DNA of 64,000 bases from an uncultured Ignavibacteria bacterium (GCA_964415885.1 CAYQCE010000009.1:3338-67337); one strand, 5' to 3'. Shown: positions 47,184 through 57,307, counted from the first letter of the stretch. Numbers and translations: made by a program. The notes: generated from the letters alone by a model not told the origin.

Positions 47184-48517
47184 TAAAGCCTGACCTTACC
47201 GTGCGTTTCTGCCGATTCGTCCGACATTCCCAGCCTGTTCTTAACAGACCACATAATGCGCCTGGCTGTTCCGACGAGAGACGGCATTGGGTCCCTTAAT
47301 GACAGATTCGCCTTCTTTGCGGTAATCCAGGATCCAATCCAACTGCTCACACTCAGTTTCCCGCTTTTTACCATCTCCAGCCCGGCGAAGAGATCATAGT
47401 ACGGATAGACAAGACCGTGTCCAGTACGATAGTTGCCGACTGTCTCGACATCCCGTTCGAGCGCATCCTGATACGCCATCAGCGCCACAGGCACACGGCA
47501 AATCTCTGCGAACCAGATGTACCACCACGGGCGAACATTGACCTCGAGCAGCTTGAACTCGTTGTCTCGCGGGTCAAGCTTGAATTCGGCGGAGAAAATG
47601 CCCCGGTAGCTGGTTTTCTCAAGAAGCATCATAAGCGAGTCGTGTGCGGCCTGCACCTCCGAGATCGGCACACTTACAACGAAAGAACTGTTGCCGAAGT
47701 CCGGCGGATACATTCTGAGCCTGTGACGCGCGAACGACGCGCGACAGACTCCATGCCGGTCGACGAAACCATCGATGAAATAGTGATTTGAGGCTGGTCC
47801 GGGAATGTACTCCTGATAGACCGCCTCCATTCCGAGAGAGCTGACTCGATTGTATTTGTCGAGGGCGTCTTCGTACGACTTCAGTCGAAACGCCTTCACT
47901 CTGAATGTCTTGAAGAACTTCTCTGAATCTGTTGGCTTGAGGAATGAGTTGGTTATCCGGTCTCTTGCCACCGCATCGAGGTCTGATTTCTCGGAGAGAA
48001 TCAGTGTGGAAGGATGTGGTATTCCGAGCGAGACCATGAGCTCGGCAAGACTGGCCTTGTCCATGAGCTGCTTTACTACGCTCTCCTCCGGGAGGCTGAA
48101 TCTGTAGTTTGATCGAAGTTCAGTCGGAAGGGCGGACAATGCCCGTGTCCAGCTATCGCTGCATGGCATGATCACGAGGCGTCTAAATGGAAGCGATTTC
48201 AGGTAGCCGGCGAGATCGCCGTCAGGACACGTTTCCTTTCTTTCGACCGGTACCCAGTTGAACCACCTTGAGGCACGGACGAAGCCGGACTGCCGTCCGG
48301 CTGCGTAGCATTTGATACCGTGTGATGCAAGAGACCGCATTACCCCGAGCGCTGTGATACCGGTACCCAGTATCAGAACCGGAGGATTTGTATCTTCCGA
48401 TTTGGCAGCCCCTGAACTATGTCCCAAGCTCGGATTCACGCAAGCCTCGTAACGCACCGAAGTGAAGTATCCGAAATGGATTGATGCCACAGACCGGACA
48501 GTGCTCAAGCATAGCAA
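47183..48517 (-). CDS. ATP-grasp family ligase (D-aspartate-ligase / PylC-like carboxylate-amine ligase); start codon uncertain
   Basis: Pre-ATP-grasp Gly-rich N-terminus (…PPVLILGTGITALGVMRSLASHGIKCYAA…), a central B-loop region and the C-terminal …EFKLLEVNVRPWWY… Mg/ATP motif. The TTG at 48517 is the longest-ORF start. An in-frame GTG/TTG roughly 20-25 codons downstream is equally plausible. Confidence 0.65.
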   Translation of the reverse strand: MLCLSTVRSVASIHFGYFTSVRYEACVNPSLGHSSGAAKSEDTNPPVLILGTGITALGVMRSLASHGIKCYAAGRQSGFVRASRWFNWVPVERKETCPDGDLAGYLKSLPFRRLVIMPCSDSWTRALSALPTELRSNYRFSLPEESVVKQLMDKASLAELMVSLGIPHPSTLILSEKSDLDAVARDRITNSFLKPTDSEKFFKTFRVKAFRLKSYEDALDKYNRVSSLGMEAVYQEYIPGPASNHYFIDGFVDRHGVCRASFARHRLRMYPPDFGNSSFVVSVPISEVQAAHDSLMMLLEKTSYRGIFSAEFKLDPRDNEFKLLEVNVRPWWYIWFAEICRVPVALMAYQDALERDVETVGNYRTGHGLVYPYYDLFAGLEMVKSGKLSVSSWIGSWITAKKANLSLRDPMPSLVGTARRIMWSVKNRLGMSDESAETHGKVRL

Positions 48518-48777
48518 TCATGACTGTAGGTCCCAAAGGACCACAAGATAGGTCATCGCTCTGCCGGTCGCAAGCTTTTACTCTTTCGTCGGCCGTTGGG
48601 GTAAGTTCCTCCACACGAAGTTCATGTGGAGTCACGCGATGCTGCCAAATGTGGTGAAAACACTCCCGTATAGGTCCCGAGTGTGTTGTGTTGGCTTGGT
48701 CGTATTCGACGGCACAAAGACTCTCTGAGATGAGGCGTTTCCGCCTCATCCGCCGGGTCGTTCATCAGGATGTTTAC

Positions 48778-49263
48778 CTACCACTCGTATGCGTAAGCCG
48801 GGGTAGTGTTGAGCTTCAAACCGACAGTATCGGCGCCGTCAACAACAGGCTGAACCTGATAGATGATGAACCTCTCTCCGCCGTTTACCCACCCGCCGGA
48901 TATGGCGGTTTTCGGATTGTACATGACCCAGTTACCGGTTGCACGCCATGACCAGCTTCCATCGGGCGTGTTCACGGTTGTTATCGGGTCGTTGCCGCCC
49001 TCGTAGTTGGTTGGTGTGTTTGAGAGCAGGTCAAACGGATTCTGGAGCTGAATCGATTCACCCTCGACGAATTGCTTGGCGACATAGATCGACATTGCAG
49101 ATTCGAGGTTGGAGACCATGGATGCCACCGAGGCTTTTTCGGCCTCTTCGGTAACTTTGAAGAGCTTGGGAATCGCAACCGCTGCGAGGATGGCCAGCAC
49201 GACAATGATAACCACCAGTTCGATCAAAGTGAATCCGCGACTGCTTTTGAGCATTCTTGACAT
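48778..49263 (-). CDS. Type IV pilin / pseudopilin (prepilin-type N-terminal cleavage/methylation domain)
   Basis: MSRMLKSSRG|FTLIELVVIIVVLAILAAVAIP… is the class III signal peptide with Gly-1, Phe+1 and Glu+5. 161 aa. No pilB/pilC/pilD/pilM-Q genes lie within the window. Confidence 0.8.
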   Translation of the reverse strand: MSRMLKSSRGFTLIELVVIIVVLAILAAVAIPKLFKVTEEAEKASVASMVSNLESAMSIYVAKQFVEGESIQLQNPFDLLSNTPTNYEGGNDPITTVNTPDGSWSWRATGNWVMYNPKTAISGGWVNGGERFIIYQVQPVVDGADTVGLKLNTTPAYAYEW

Positions 49264-49742
49264 AGTTCTTCCTCCCGCAGTATATTGTCCGGGTTCGCTA
49301 CACTTCTCTTGGGGGCAAGGCTTTGCCGGTCTTGCACACTTCTAATATTATGTTTCGGAACGAAAGAGGAAAAATTGAGCCGGGAGCGAATCTCGGATCA
49401 AAAAAGTCCTGTTGAAGTTTCGAACAAAAAATAACTCCGGGTCTGGATAACCAAACCCGGAGCCCATGAAACGCACGAAAAGAAGGATCGCTCAGCGATA
49501 ACGCCTTGCATAACGTTAAACGTTCTGAGCGATACTTAAGTTTCAAAAAAGTAAGGATTTTGTCAAGATTTTTCTCAAGTGAATTCGGCGTGGGGTGCCT
49601 GCATTGTTGGAGAAACAGCTTGCAAGCCTCGGAATACATTGTTAGATTTGATGTTACAGTTGAAACTGAGTAGTTCGTTGCTGATGAGACAGGCAATGTT
49701 ATCCACAATACACTTGTTGAACCTGAAAGGTTGCGTTGAGAT

Positions 49743-50255
49743 ATGGCTGACACCAAAGAGGCGATCTCGAAAGGACTGCTGACCGCCATGAAGGCCGAGC
49801 GTGAAGGGCACAGCTTCTACATGATGGCTGCGAACGCGACGGACGATCCCAAGGGGAAAGAGGTGTTCGCGCAGCTCGCAAAGGATGAGCACGACCATTT
49901 GATCTACCTCAAGAACCAGTACGAGTCCCTGCAGAAGACCGGCAAGGTCGATCCAAGCCTGAAACTGGGTGAGAAAACCCGTTACGGCGGACCCGCGCCG
50001 ATCTTTTCGGAGAATTTCAAGAGCCGCATCAAGGATCGGCACTACGAAATGAGCGCGCTTTCGATCGGGATCCAGCTCGAACTGGATGCTATCAAGCATT
50101 ACAAGTCGCAGGCAGAGAGCTTTGATGATCCGACCGTAAAATCGTTCTACACGGATTTGGCCGACTGGGAGAAAGAGCACTATGACGCTCTCAACAATCA
50201 GTATGATTCATTGAAAGAGGATTACTGGTCAGATGCAGGTTTCAGTCCGTTCTAA
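49743..50255 (+). CDS. Ferritin-like diiron protein (rubrerythrin-family, no rubredoxin domain)
   Basis: Two ExxH-containing helix pairs (…AEREGHSFY…KDEHDHLIYL… and …LELDAIKHY…WEKEHYDAL…) are typical of the rubrerythrin/ferritin-like fold. Confidence 0.65.
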   Translation: MADTKEAISKGLLTAMKAEREGHSFYMMAANATDDPKGKEVFAQLAKDEHDHLIYLKNQYESLQKTGKVDPSLKLGEKTRYGGPAPIFSENFKSRIKDRHYEMSALSIGIQLELDAIKHYKSQAESFDDPTVKSFYTDLADWEKEHYDALNNQYDSLKEDYWSDAGFSPF

Positions 50256-50652
50256 CGATGCAGCAAAGACCGACCGGCCGCGCAGCGGGATGTGTCTCGT
50301 GGAGGGCTGTTGGAGGACCAAGCTGCGCCAGGCTCTATCGTAACTTCAGGAAGTGTGCGGTGTCCTGCGTCTTTAGGCTTGACGCAAGGCACTGAGAGTT
50401 CTGGCTCCTACAAAGACATTCGTTCCTTTTCCAACAAAGGTGTTCTGAACAAAGTGAACTATTCCGTGTTCAATTAACAATCAGATCGATTGCAGTGCCG
50501 GCTTTCAAGCGAAAGGACACAGTTTCACGTGATCGTCCGTACTGATCGAGATTACTGGCTGCGAATTACTGACTCTGCAGTCAGCATATTCCGGGACGGA
50601 CGCATCGCTACCCGGCTGAAAACAGGCCAGTGTCCGCTTGTTCGGAGAGGGT

Positions 50653-53400
50653 ATGATGTATATGATTGAGAAGAAGCATACCGACAAGTCACCCGAAGAT
50701 AACTGGCACTCTCTAGAAATAGAGACTATACTTGAGCAGCTGGAAACCAGCCCTGAAGGCCTAAGCGGGGAAGATGCTTCTGAGCGCCTGAGTACCCATG
50801 GGCCGAATACACTTCCGGCCAAGGAACCCCCTACCATTTGGGCCGTCCTGCTCAATCAGATCCTCAATCCGCTGATTTTCATCCTCTTGGCCGCTGCCGT
50901 GGCATCCCTGGCAATAGGCGAGCTTTCCGATGCCATCTTCATCCTGGCCGTCATCGTCCTAAACAGCGCGCTCGGTGCCTACCAGGAGTTCAATGCGGAG
51001 AAAAGCGCGGCCGCCCTCCAGCGAATCATGAAGTTATGGGCAAGAGTGCGGCGCGACAACAAGGAAGCCGAGATCGAGTCGAAAGAAGTGGTTCCCGGCG
51101 ATATCGTTCTGCTTGAGTCAGGCCGAAAAGTGCCCGCCGACCTCCGTTTGCTGCAGGCTCACGGACTTGCGGCCGACGAGAGCTTCCTGACCGGCGAATC
51201 CATGGCTGCTGAAAAACATACAGACCGTTTGCCTCAGGATACGGTCGTGAGCGACCGAAACAATATGGTCTTCGCCGGGTCGACGATCACTTCGGGTAGA
51301 GGTTCCGGGGTCGTTGTAGGCACCGGAACTCAGACTCAGGTTGGTATCATAGCTGAAAAAGTCTCTCATTCGGAAGGCGGCAAGCCTCCCCTCGTTTTGC
51401 GGATGGAGAAGTTCGTAAAGCAGATCAGTATCCTGATCCTCGTTATCAGCGCGGGACTGTCGCTGCTATTGGGATTACAGGGAGAGAGTGCCACCGCTAT
51501 TTTCTTCTTCGTGGTCGCTATGGCCGTCTCGGCTATCCCCGAGGGAATGCCGGTTGCTATGACAGTGGCTCTTTCGATTGCTACGAAACGTATGTCCGAG
51601 CGGAACGTGATCGTGCGCAGGCTAACAGCCGTGGAAAGCCTTGGAAGCTGTACCGTTATAGCCAGCGACAAGACCGGAACATTGACCGTCAATCAGCAGA
51701 CGGCGCGTATGATCATTCTCCCGGACGGGCAGACCTTTACAGCTTCAGGGGAGGGTTACAACGGCGAGGGGGAAGTCTCTGGCGGTGACAGTACCCGGTT
51801 GACTGAACCTGCACGGGAGCGGCTGGAAAGACTGGCCCAAATCGCAGTTCTGGCAAACGAGGCATCGCTGGTCAGGGAGGACGAAGAGTGGAGGCATAGG
51901 GGGGATGCGATGGATGTCGCATTCCTCGCATTTGCTTTTAAGCTCGGTCTGAATCCGGCGGAAGTGAGGGATCAGTTCAAAGTTGTGGATGAGATACCCT
52001 ACGAGTCGGAGCAGAAGTTCTCAGCGACTTTCTATGAAGATCGAGACACGCGGTACGTCGCCGCCAAGGGTGCGGTGGAGAGAATTCTGGACTTCTGCAC
52101 TCAGATGCACCAAGACGGAGACCTTGCAGACCTCGACAGAGAGGTCGTAGAGCGTCAGGAAACTGAAATGGCGGAGAAGGGATTGCGCGTCCTTGCTGTA
52201 GCCGGCGGGGAACTCTCCGCAACTGACGTCGATGAGGATTCAACAGGATCGGCATTATCCGGTCTCGTCTTGCACGGTCTCGTGGGATTCATCGACCCGC
52301 TTCGAGCGGAAGCGAGGGAGGCCGTTGAAAACTGCAGGAGAGCGGGCATCAAAGTCATGATGATTACGGGAGACCACCCCTCCACTGCCGGAGCTATCGC
52401 GGAAGAACTCTCTCTGTCAGACGGTAATGAGCCGGTTGTGACCGGCCATGATTTGAGTAAGGCCGGCAGTTCGGACAGCCCGGAATTCGAAGAGAAGGTA
52501 ATGTCGACACATGTGTTCGCACGGGTAGCACCCGCACAGAAGCTTGAGATTGTCGGGGTACTGATTCGAAATGGCGAGTTTGTTGCCGTGACCGGGGATG
52601 GCGTCAACGACGCTCCCGCACTTCGAAGAGCCAATATCGGAGTGGCGATGGGTTCCGGAACGGATGTGGCCAAGGAAGTCGGCTCGATGATCGTTACCGA
52701 TGACAATTTCGCCTCCATAGTCGCCGGTGTTGAGGAGGGACGATTCGCCTATGACAACGTGCGCAAAGTGATCTACCTGCTGATTTCCACCGGTGCTGCT
52801 GAGGTCCTGATGTTTATGGCGGCGATTATAACCGGCTTGAAGATTCCATTGGTGGCTGTCCAGCTCCTGTGGCTCAACCTTGTTACGAACGGAATTCAGG
52901 ATGTGGCACTCGCATTCGAGGGAGGAGAGCCAGGCGCTATGAAACGTAAACCTCGAAGACCTGATGAGAAAATCTTCGATTCACAGATGGTCAGTCAGAC
53001 AGCCGTCTCGGGCATGGTGATCGGGTCTTTGGCTTTTGGGTTCTGGTACTGGCTGATGGAGATTGAGAAAGTGGAGAGCCTGGCCTCAGCCCGTAACAGC
53101 GTCCTGCTCCTGATGGTACTGTTGCAGAACGTGCACGTCTTTAATTGCAGATCGGAGTCGGTATCCGCCTTCAGGGTTCCTATCAACCGCAATTATATAC
53201 TTCTATTTGGAGTGGTCATAGCGCAGGGTATCCATATTCTCAGCATGCGCCTACCGTTCATGCAGTCCATTCTTGGCGTGGAAACCGTCACGTTATCCCA
53301 GTGGTTTATCGCGCTGGGTCTGGCGCTAACAGTTCTGTTTGCAATGGAGATATTCAAATGGTTGGCCAGGCGCGGGCATTTACCAATCGAACCCAGGTGA
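50653..53400 (+). CDS. P-type cation-transporting ATPase (type II, Ca2+/Mg2+-ATPase-like)
   Basis: Contains DKTGTLT (phosphorylation site), TGES, …MITGDHPSTA…, …VAVTGDGVNDAPAL… and 10 predicted TM helices. Start is set at the first ATG after GGAGAGGG. The second or third ATG (50656/50662) is also possible. Confidence 0.9.
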   Translation: MMYMIEKKHTDKSPEDNWHSLEIETILEQLETSPEGLSGEDASERLSTHGPNTLPAKEPPTIWAVLLNQILNPLIFILLAAAVASLAIGELSDAIFILAVIVLNSALGAYQEFNAEKSAAALQRIMKLWARVRRDNKEAEIESKEVVPGDIVLLESGRKVPADLRLLQAHGLAADESFLTGESMAAEKHTDRLPQDTVVSDRNNMVFAGSTITSGRGSGVVVGTGTQTQVGIIAEKVSHSEGGKPPLVLRMEKFVKQISILILVISAGLSLLLGLQGESATAIFFFVVAMAVSAIPEGMPVAMTVALSIATKRMSERNVIVRRLTAVESLGSCTVIASDKTGTLTVNQQTARMIILPDGQTFTASGEGYNGEGEVSGGDSTRLTEPARERLERLAQIAVLANEASLVREDEEWRHRGDAMDVAFLAFAFKLGLNPAEVRDQFKVVDEIPYESEQKFSATFYEDRDTRYVAAKGAVERILDFCTQMHQDGDLADLDREVVERQETEMAEKGLRVLAVAGGELSATDVDEDSTGSALSGLVLHGLVGFIDPLRAEAREAVENCRRAGIKVMMITGDHPSTAGAIAEELSLSDGNEPVVTGHDLSKAGSSDSPEFEEKVMSTHVFARVAPAQKLEIVGVLIRNGEFVAVTGDGVNDAPALRRANIGVAMGSGTDVAKEVGSMIVTDDNFASIVAGVEEGRFAYDNVRKVIYLLISTGAAEVLMFMAAIITGLKIPLVAVQLLWLNLVTNGIQDVALAFEGGEPGAMKRKPRRPDEKIFDSQMVSQTAVSGMVIGSLAFGFWYWLMEIEKVESLASARNSVLLLMVLLQNVHVFNCRSESVSAFRVPINRNYILLFGVVIAQGIHILSMRLPFMQSILGVETVTLSQWFIALGLALTVLFAMEIFKWLARRGHLPIEPR

Positions 53401-53762
53401 AGGGATCGGCCATAAGCGAGATGCATACCCGACATCCGATTTCAGCACACTTACGGCCTTGGCATGTGGTCGGCCCGACCCGGGGCAAAGGACTTGTTGA
53501 GGAACCCGAGAAAATCTGTCACTGCGAGCGAGCATAGCGAGCGCGGCAATCTCAAACGTCGCCGTATTGTGTTGGCCGCCTCAATGATCGACACGTCGTA
53601 ATGCTTCCAGCGGAATTCCTCGCGATGATGCGTCTTCCAGCGGTACGGATCTTTTCAACAAGCCCCAATTCCACGGGGCACGAAGGGTTGGACACGTGAA
53701 GCGCAGTGCGTCAGCATCGCGCTTCACAATATCACAAACGATATGATGAGTGAGACAGGTTA

Positions 53763-54200
53763 TCAGCCTGCTTTGAGTTGCCTGGCCGCTTTAACAGGCT
53801 CGTATACGAGCGCCTTGGTCGGGCAGAAGTGCGCGCAGACAGGATCTCCCTTGCACAAGTCACACTTGACATACTTGTCGTGCTGTTTGTCATACAGAGT
53901 GCATCCGAACGGGCATGCCGCCTCGCATGCTCCGCATTTCACGCAGATATCCTGATGCAGTTCAATGGCTCCGGTGTCCGGATTCCTGCGGAGAGCATTC
54001 ACCAGGCATGACTTCACGCATGCGGCTTCTTCGCACTGGAGACACACGACCGGAGTCCACATCTCTTTGAATCCGCCATCGAGCGGGTAGATTCTGCTGC
54101 GGCCGGGCTTCCCATCCTCGGCGTGGGCGAAAGCGCAGGCGAGCTCGCACGTGCGGCATCCGATACAGAGATTCGGTTTCACAATCAAACGTGCATTCAT
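53763..54200 (-). CDS. Four-cluster [4Fe-4S] ferredoxin (HycB/HydN/DmsB-like electron-transfer subunit)
   Basis: Four Cys clusters: CIGCRTCELAC, CLQCEEAACVKSC, CVKCGACEAACP, CDLCKGDPVCAHFCP. The start overlaps the upstream gene's stop (ATGA). Confidence 0.8.
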   Translation of the reverse strand: MNARLIVKPNLCIGCRTCELACAFAHAEDGKPGRSRIYPLDGGFKEMWTPVVCLQCEEAACVKSCLVNALRRNPDTGAIELHQDICVKCGACEAACPFGCTLYDKQHDKYVKCDLCKGDPVCAHFCPTKALVYEPVKAARQLKAG

Positions 54201-54976
54201 TCCTCAACCACCTCTCTTTCCCACTGTGATATTCTGCCCATCGTGAGTGCGGTATCTTTCCTGCGACACTCATCGCAGACATCGAAGTAGTCTTCTCCGA
54301 GCCCGCGCATCTTGATCAGCGCCTCGGCGAATATCTTCGTAATCCCGAGTTTACCGCACTTCTCGCACTGAATCCGCTCGAACTGCTTGTCCCAGATTGT
54401 ACGGTAGATTCCTTCATCCTCATACGGGATTACGTTGGTCGGACAATTCAGCGAACAGGCGAGGCACCCCACACAGTCCGGCGGCGGCTCATTGAGTGGA
54501 GGAGCAACCTCTTTCAGATGTCCGCGCCCGACGGTGGAGATAGCTGCGAATCCCATCTCCTCGCAGATTCTCGTACAGAGCCCGCAGAGTATGCAGTTAT
54601 CGGAATCGACATATTCCTCATAGCTTGTCTGCGTGATGCCGTAATCTGCGGCGAGCTGTTGAATTTCCGGCGAGGTTGGGCAGCGCGCGAGCTGAAGATC
54701 GAGAACTGTCTTACGAAGCTCGTTCACCTTCTCAGTATGTGTCTGGACTATCAGGCCTTTCTCGACCGGATAGAGGCAGGAAGTGACATACTTCTTCCAG
54801 CCGTCCCAGCTCTCCTTCGTGATCTCTACCATGCAAAGTCTGCAGGCGCCAAACGGTTCGACTGCGCCGTGATCACAGAGCGCGGGGATATCGATTCCCT
54901 GCCGCCGGATAACCGCGAGCAGCAATTCACCTTCTTCGGCCTTACAGATTTTGCCATTTATCGTGATATTTACCAT
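54197..54976 (-). CDS. NuoG/HydA-N-terminal-like iron-sulfur protein ([2Fe-2S] + multiple [4Fe-4S]) lacking any catalytic domain
   Basis: Start at MVNITINGK (ATG 54976, AGGAG 7 nt upstream) with a 2Fe-2S ferredoxin fold (…ALCDHGAVEPFGACRLCMVEI…). Then …CILCGLCTRICEE…, …CVGCLACSLNCP… and …CEKCGK…CDEC…. The ORF-track start at 55045 would overlap the NuoF-like gene by 58 nt. Confidence 0.75.
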   Translation of the reverse strand: MVNITINGKICKAEEGELLLAVIRRQGIDIPALCDHGAVEPFGACRLCMVEITKESWDGWKKYVTSCLYPVEKGLIVQTHTEKVNELRKTVLDLQLARCPTSPEIQQLAADYGITQTSYEEYVDSDNCILCGLCTRICEEMGFAAISTVGRGHLKEVAPPLNEPPPDCVGCLACSLNCPTNVIPYEDEGIYRTIWDKQFERIQCEKCGKLGITKIFAEALIKMRGLGEDYFDVCDECRRKDTALTMGRISQWEREVVEE

Positions 54977-54986
54977 CAGCCAACTC

Positions 54987-56852
54987 CTACAGAACCTTGA
55001 TGGCGTTTCTCTGACAGACGGCATAACATGCGCCGCACTTGTCACAGAGCGATTTATCTATAGTATGCGGTTGTTTCTTCGCACCGGTAATGGCGTCATG
55101 CGGGCACACCCCAATACACGCCATGCAACCGTCACAAAGCGACTCATCGATCTCATATTCGATAAGTTCGCGGCAGACACCCGCGCAGCATTTTTTGTCG
55201 CGGATATGCTCGAGGTACTCATCCCGAAAATACATCACCGTGGACAAAAACGGATTCGGTCCTGACTTGCCGAGACCGCACAGCGATCCCATCACGATGT
55301 TGTCCGACAACCTGCCCATCAGCGCCAGATCCTCTTCGGTTGCGCGACCTTCGGAGACTTTGACCGCGAGGCCGTGAAGCTGATAGAGTCCCTCGCGACA
55401 CGGCACACACTTACCGCATGATTCGTCATTCAGGAAAGCGAGAAAGTACTTGGCGACATCCACCACGCACGTACGGTCATCCATCACAATCATTCCGCCG
55501 GAACCCATCATCGAGCCGGCCTTGGTCAGCGTATCGAAATCGACCGAGAGATCGAGCTTGTCAGCGGGTAGACATCCACCGGACGGTCCGCCGGTCTGTA
55601 CGGCCTTGAATGGCCGATCATCCTGGATTCCGCCGCCAATGTCATAGATGATCTCGCGCAGTGTTGTACCCATCGGTACTTCGATTAGCCCGCTGTTTCT
55701 GACCTTGCCGACGAGCGAGAAGGCCTTTGTGCCGGCGCTCGTGGAGGTACCTATCCTGGCGAACCAGTCGCCGCCTTTGTCGAGAATAACCGGTATGTTG
55801 GCGTAGCTCTCGACGTTGTTCAGCACAGTCGGTTTGTCGAAGAGTCCTTTCTGGACCGATCTAATATACTTGGCTCGCGGTTCGCCGACTTCACCCGCGA
55901 CCGATTTCATCAGTGCAGACGATTCGCCGCAAACGAACGCACCGCCGCCTCGGCTGATCTTGATTACGAAATGGAAATCGGTGCCGAATATCTTCGTCCC
56001 GAGGAAGCCGTACTCGGTCGCCTGCTCGATTGCCTTCTGGAGGTTTACCACAGCGAGCGGGTATTCCTCGCGAACATAGATGTATCCCTCATTAGCACCT
56101 ACGGCGTACGCGGCGATTATCATCCCCTCGATGACGGTGTGCGGGTCGCCTTCCATGATCACGCGATCCATGAAAGCTCCCGGGTCGCCCTCGTCACCGT
56201 TGCATATCACATAATGAGGCTGCTCTTCAAGTGTGGCGCAGCTCTCCCACTTGCGTCCGGTTGGGAACCCGCCACCGCCTCGGCCTCTGAGCCCGGATTT
56301 CTTGACCTGCTCAATCACCTGTTCGGGCTTCATTTTGGTAAGAACCTTCCCCAGGCCCTTGTAGCCGCCCGTGGCGATGTACTCATCGATATCGCACTGC
56401 TTTATCTTGCCAACGTTCCGAAGTGCGATGCGCGTTTGTTTCGCGTAGAACGGGATATCGGAGTACTTTTCTATTTTGTCACCGGTATTGGGGTCCTCGT
56501 AAAGAAGACGCTCGATAACTTCTTCGTTGCGTATAGACTTGTCGATAATCTCCTCGACGTCCTTCACCTTCACCTTGGTATAAAAAGTGCCGTCCGGCTC
56601 AATGACGACGAGCGGCCCCTGCTCACAGAAGCCGTGACATCCGGTCTCCTTCATTGCCTCGACCGAGAAGTTCTTGATGCGCTTGCTCTTCAGTCTCTTC
56701 TTGAATTCATCCGCGATCTTCTGCGCTCCGCTGGCCAGACAGCCCGGACCACAGCAGACGAGGACCTTGCGCGGGAACTTGTCGAGTCGAGCAATGCACT
56801 CTTTCCGGTGCTTTTCCAATTGCTGCGGACTTGTTATGCGCATATCTATCAA
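54987..56852 (-). CDS. NuoF-like NADH-binding flavoprotein (HydB/HndC-type: Trx-like 2Fe-2S + FMN/NADH + SLBB + 4Fe-4S + two extra ferredoxin clusters)
   Basis: N-terminal …VLVCCGPGCLASGA…, FMN site …GRGGGGFPTGRKWE…, the NuoF 4Fe-4S motif …CGKCVPCREG… and C-terminal …CDGCMACIGVCPHDAI…CDKCGACYAVC…. Confidence 0.9.
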   Translation of the reverse strand: MIDMRITSPQQLEKHRKECIARLDKFPRKVLVCCGPGCLASGAQKIADEFKKRLKSKRIKNFSVEAMKETGCHGFCEQGPLVVIEPDGTFYTKVKVKDVEEIIDKSIRNEEVIERLLYEDPNTGDKIEKYSDIPFYAKQTRIALRNVGKIKQCDIDEYIATGGYKGLGKVLTKMKPEQVIEQVKKSGLRGRGGGGFPTGRKWESCATLEEQPHYVICNGDEGDPGAFMDRVIMEGDPHTVIEGMIIAAYAVGANEGYIYVREEYPLAVVNLQKAIEQATEYGFLGTKIFGTDFHFVIKISRGGGAFVCGESSALMKSVAGEVGEPRAKYIRSVQKGLFDKPTVLNNVESYANIPVILDKGGDWFARIGTSTSAGTKAFSLVGKVRNSGLIEVPMGTTLREIIYDIGGGIQDDRPFKAVQTGGPSGGCLPADKLDLSVDFDTLTKAGSMMGSGGMIVMDDRTCVVDVAKYFLAFLNDESCGKCVPCREGLYQLHGLAVKVSEGRATEEDLALMGRLSDNIVMGSLCGLGKSGPNPFLSTVMYFRDEYLEHIRDKKCCAGVCRELIEYEIDESLCDGCMACIGVCPHDAITGAKKQPHTIDKSLCDKCGACYAVCQRNAIKVL

Positions 56853-56857
56853 CTCTC

Positions 56858-57307
56858 CTACTTGACCAGCTTTTTGCAGTTGCCGACGGTAATGTGTCCG
56901 TGGAAATCCTCATTGACCGCGACAACCGGGGCCATCGCACAGGCTCCGACGCAGGCCACAGTTTCGAGCGTGAATTTGCCGTCTTCGGTCGTATTGCCCG
57001 CCTTTACCCCGAGTTCGTTTTCGAGGCGCTCCAGAACTATCTGCGCGCCTCTAATGTGGCAGGTCGTACCCATGCAGATACGGATCACTTTGTCTCCACG
57101 GGGGATCAGGCTGAATGCGTTATAAAACGTCGATACCGAATATACCTTCGACAGAGGAACATCGAGATGTTCCGATGTCTTTCGCATCGCCTCATCCGGC
57201 AGGTATTTGAATTCCTTCTGTATGTCCTGGAGCACCGCAATCAATGACTGCGATGTCTTTGGATAGCGTTCGAATATCTCCGGTAGTTTATCAAGATCAA
57301 CCTTCAT
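56858..57307 (-). CDS. NuoE-like thioredoxin-fold [2Fe-2S] ferredoxin (HydC/HndA-type)
   Basis: …CMGTTCHIRGA…ETVACVGACAMAPV… carries the four conserved Cys of the NuoE family. 5-nt gap to the NuoF-like gene. Confidence 0.85.
   Translation of the reverse strand: MKVDLDKLPEIFERYPKTSQSLIAVLQDIQKEFKYLPDEAMRKTSEHLDVPLSKVYSVSTFYNAFSLIPRGDKVIRICMGTTCHIRGAQIVLERLENELGVKAGNTTEDGKFTLETVACVGACAMAPVVAVNEDFHGHITVGNCKKLVK

Noticed and set aside
45975-47186. 403-aa plus-strand ORF
   Set aside because: It is antisense to the ThDP-enzyme and FemAB-like genes, which carry clear family motifs. It has no RBS and an implausible composition.
49298-49789. 163-aa minus-strand ORF occupying the pilin/rubrerythrin divergent intergenic region
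   Set aside because: It has no RBS and overlaps the start of the rubrerythrin-like gene. The region is more plausibly a divergent promoter.
52155-52718. 187-aa minus-strand ORF
   Set aside because: It is antisense within the P-type ATPase gene, which shows DKTGTLT and TGDGVNDAPAL on the plus strand.
55971-57125. 384-aa plus-strand ORF
   Set aside because: It is antisense to the NuoF-like and NuoE-like genes, which have unambiguous cofactor-binding motifs.
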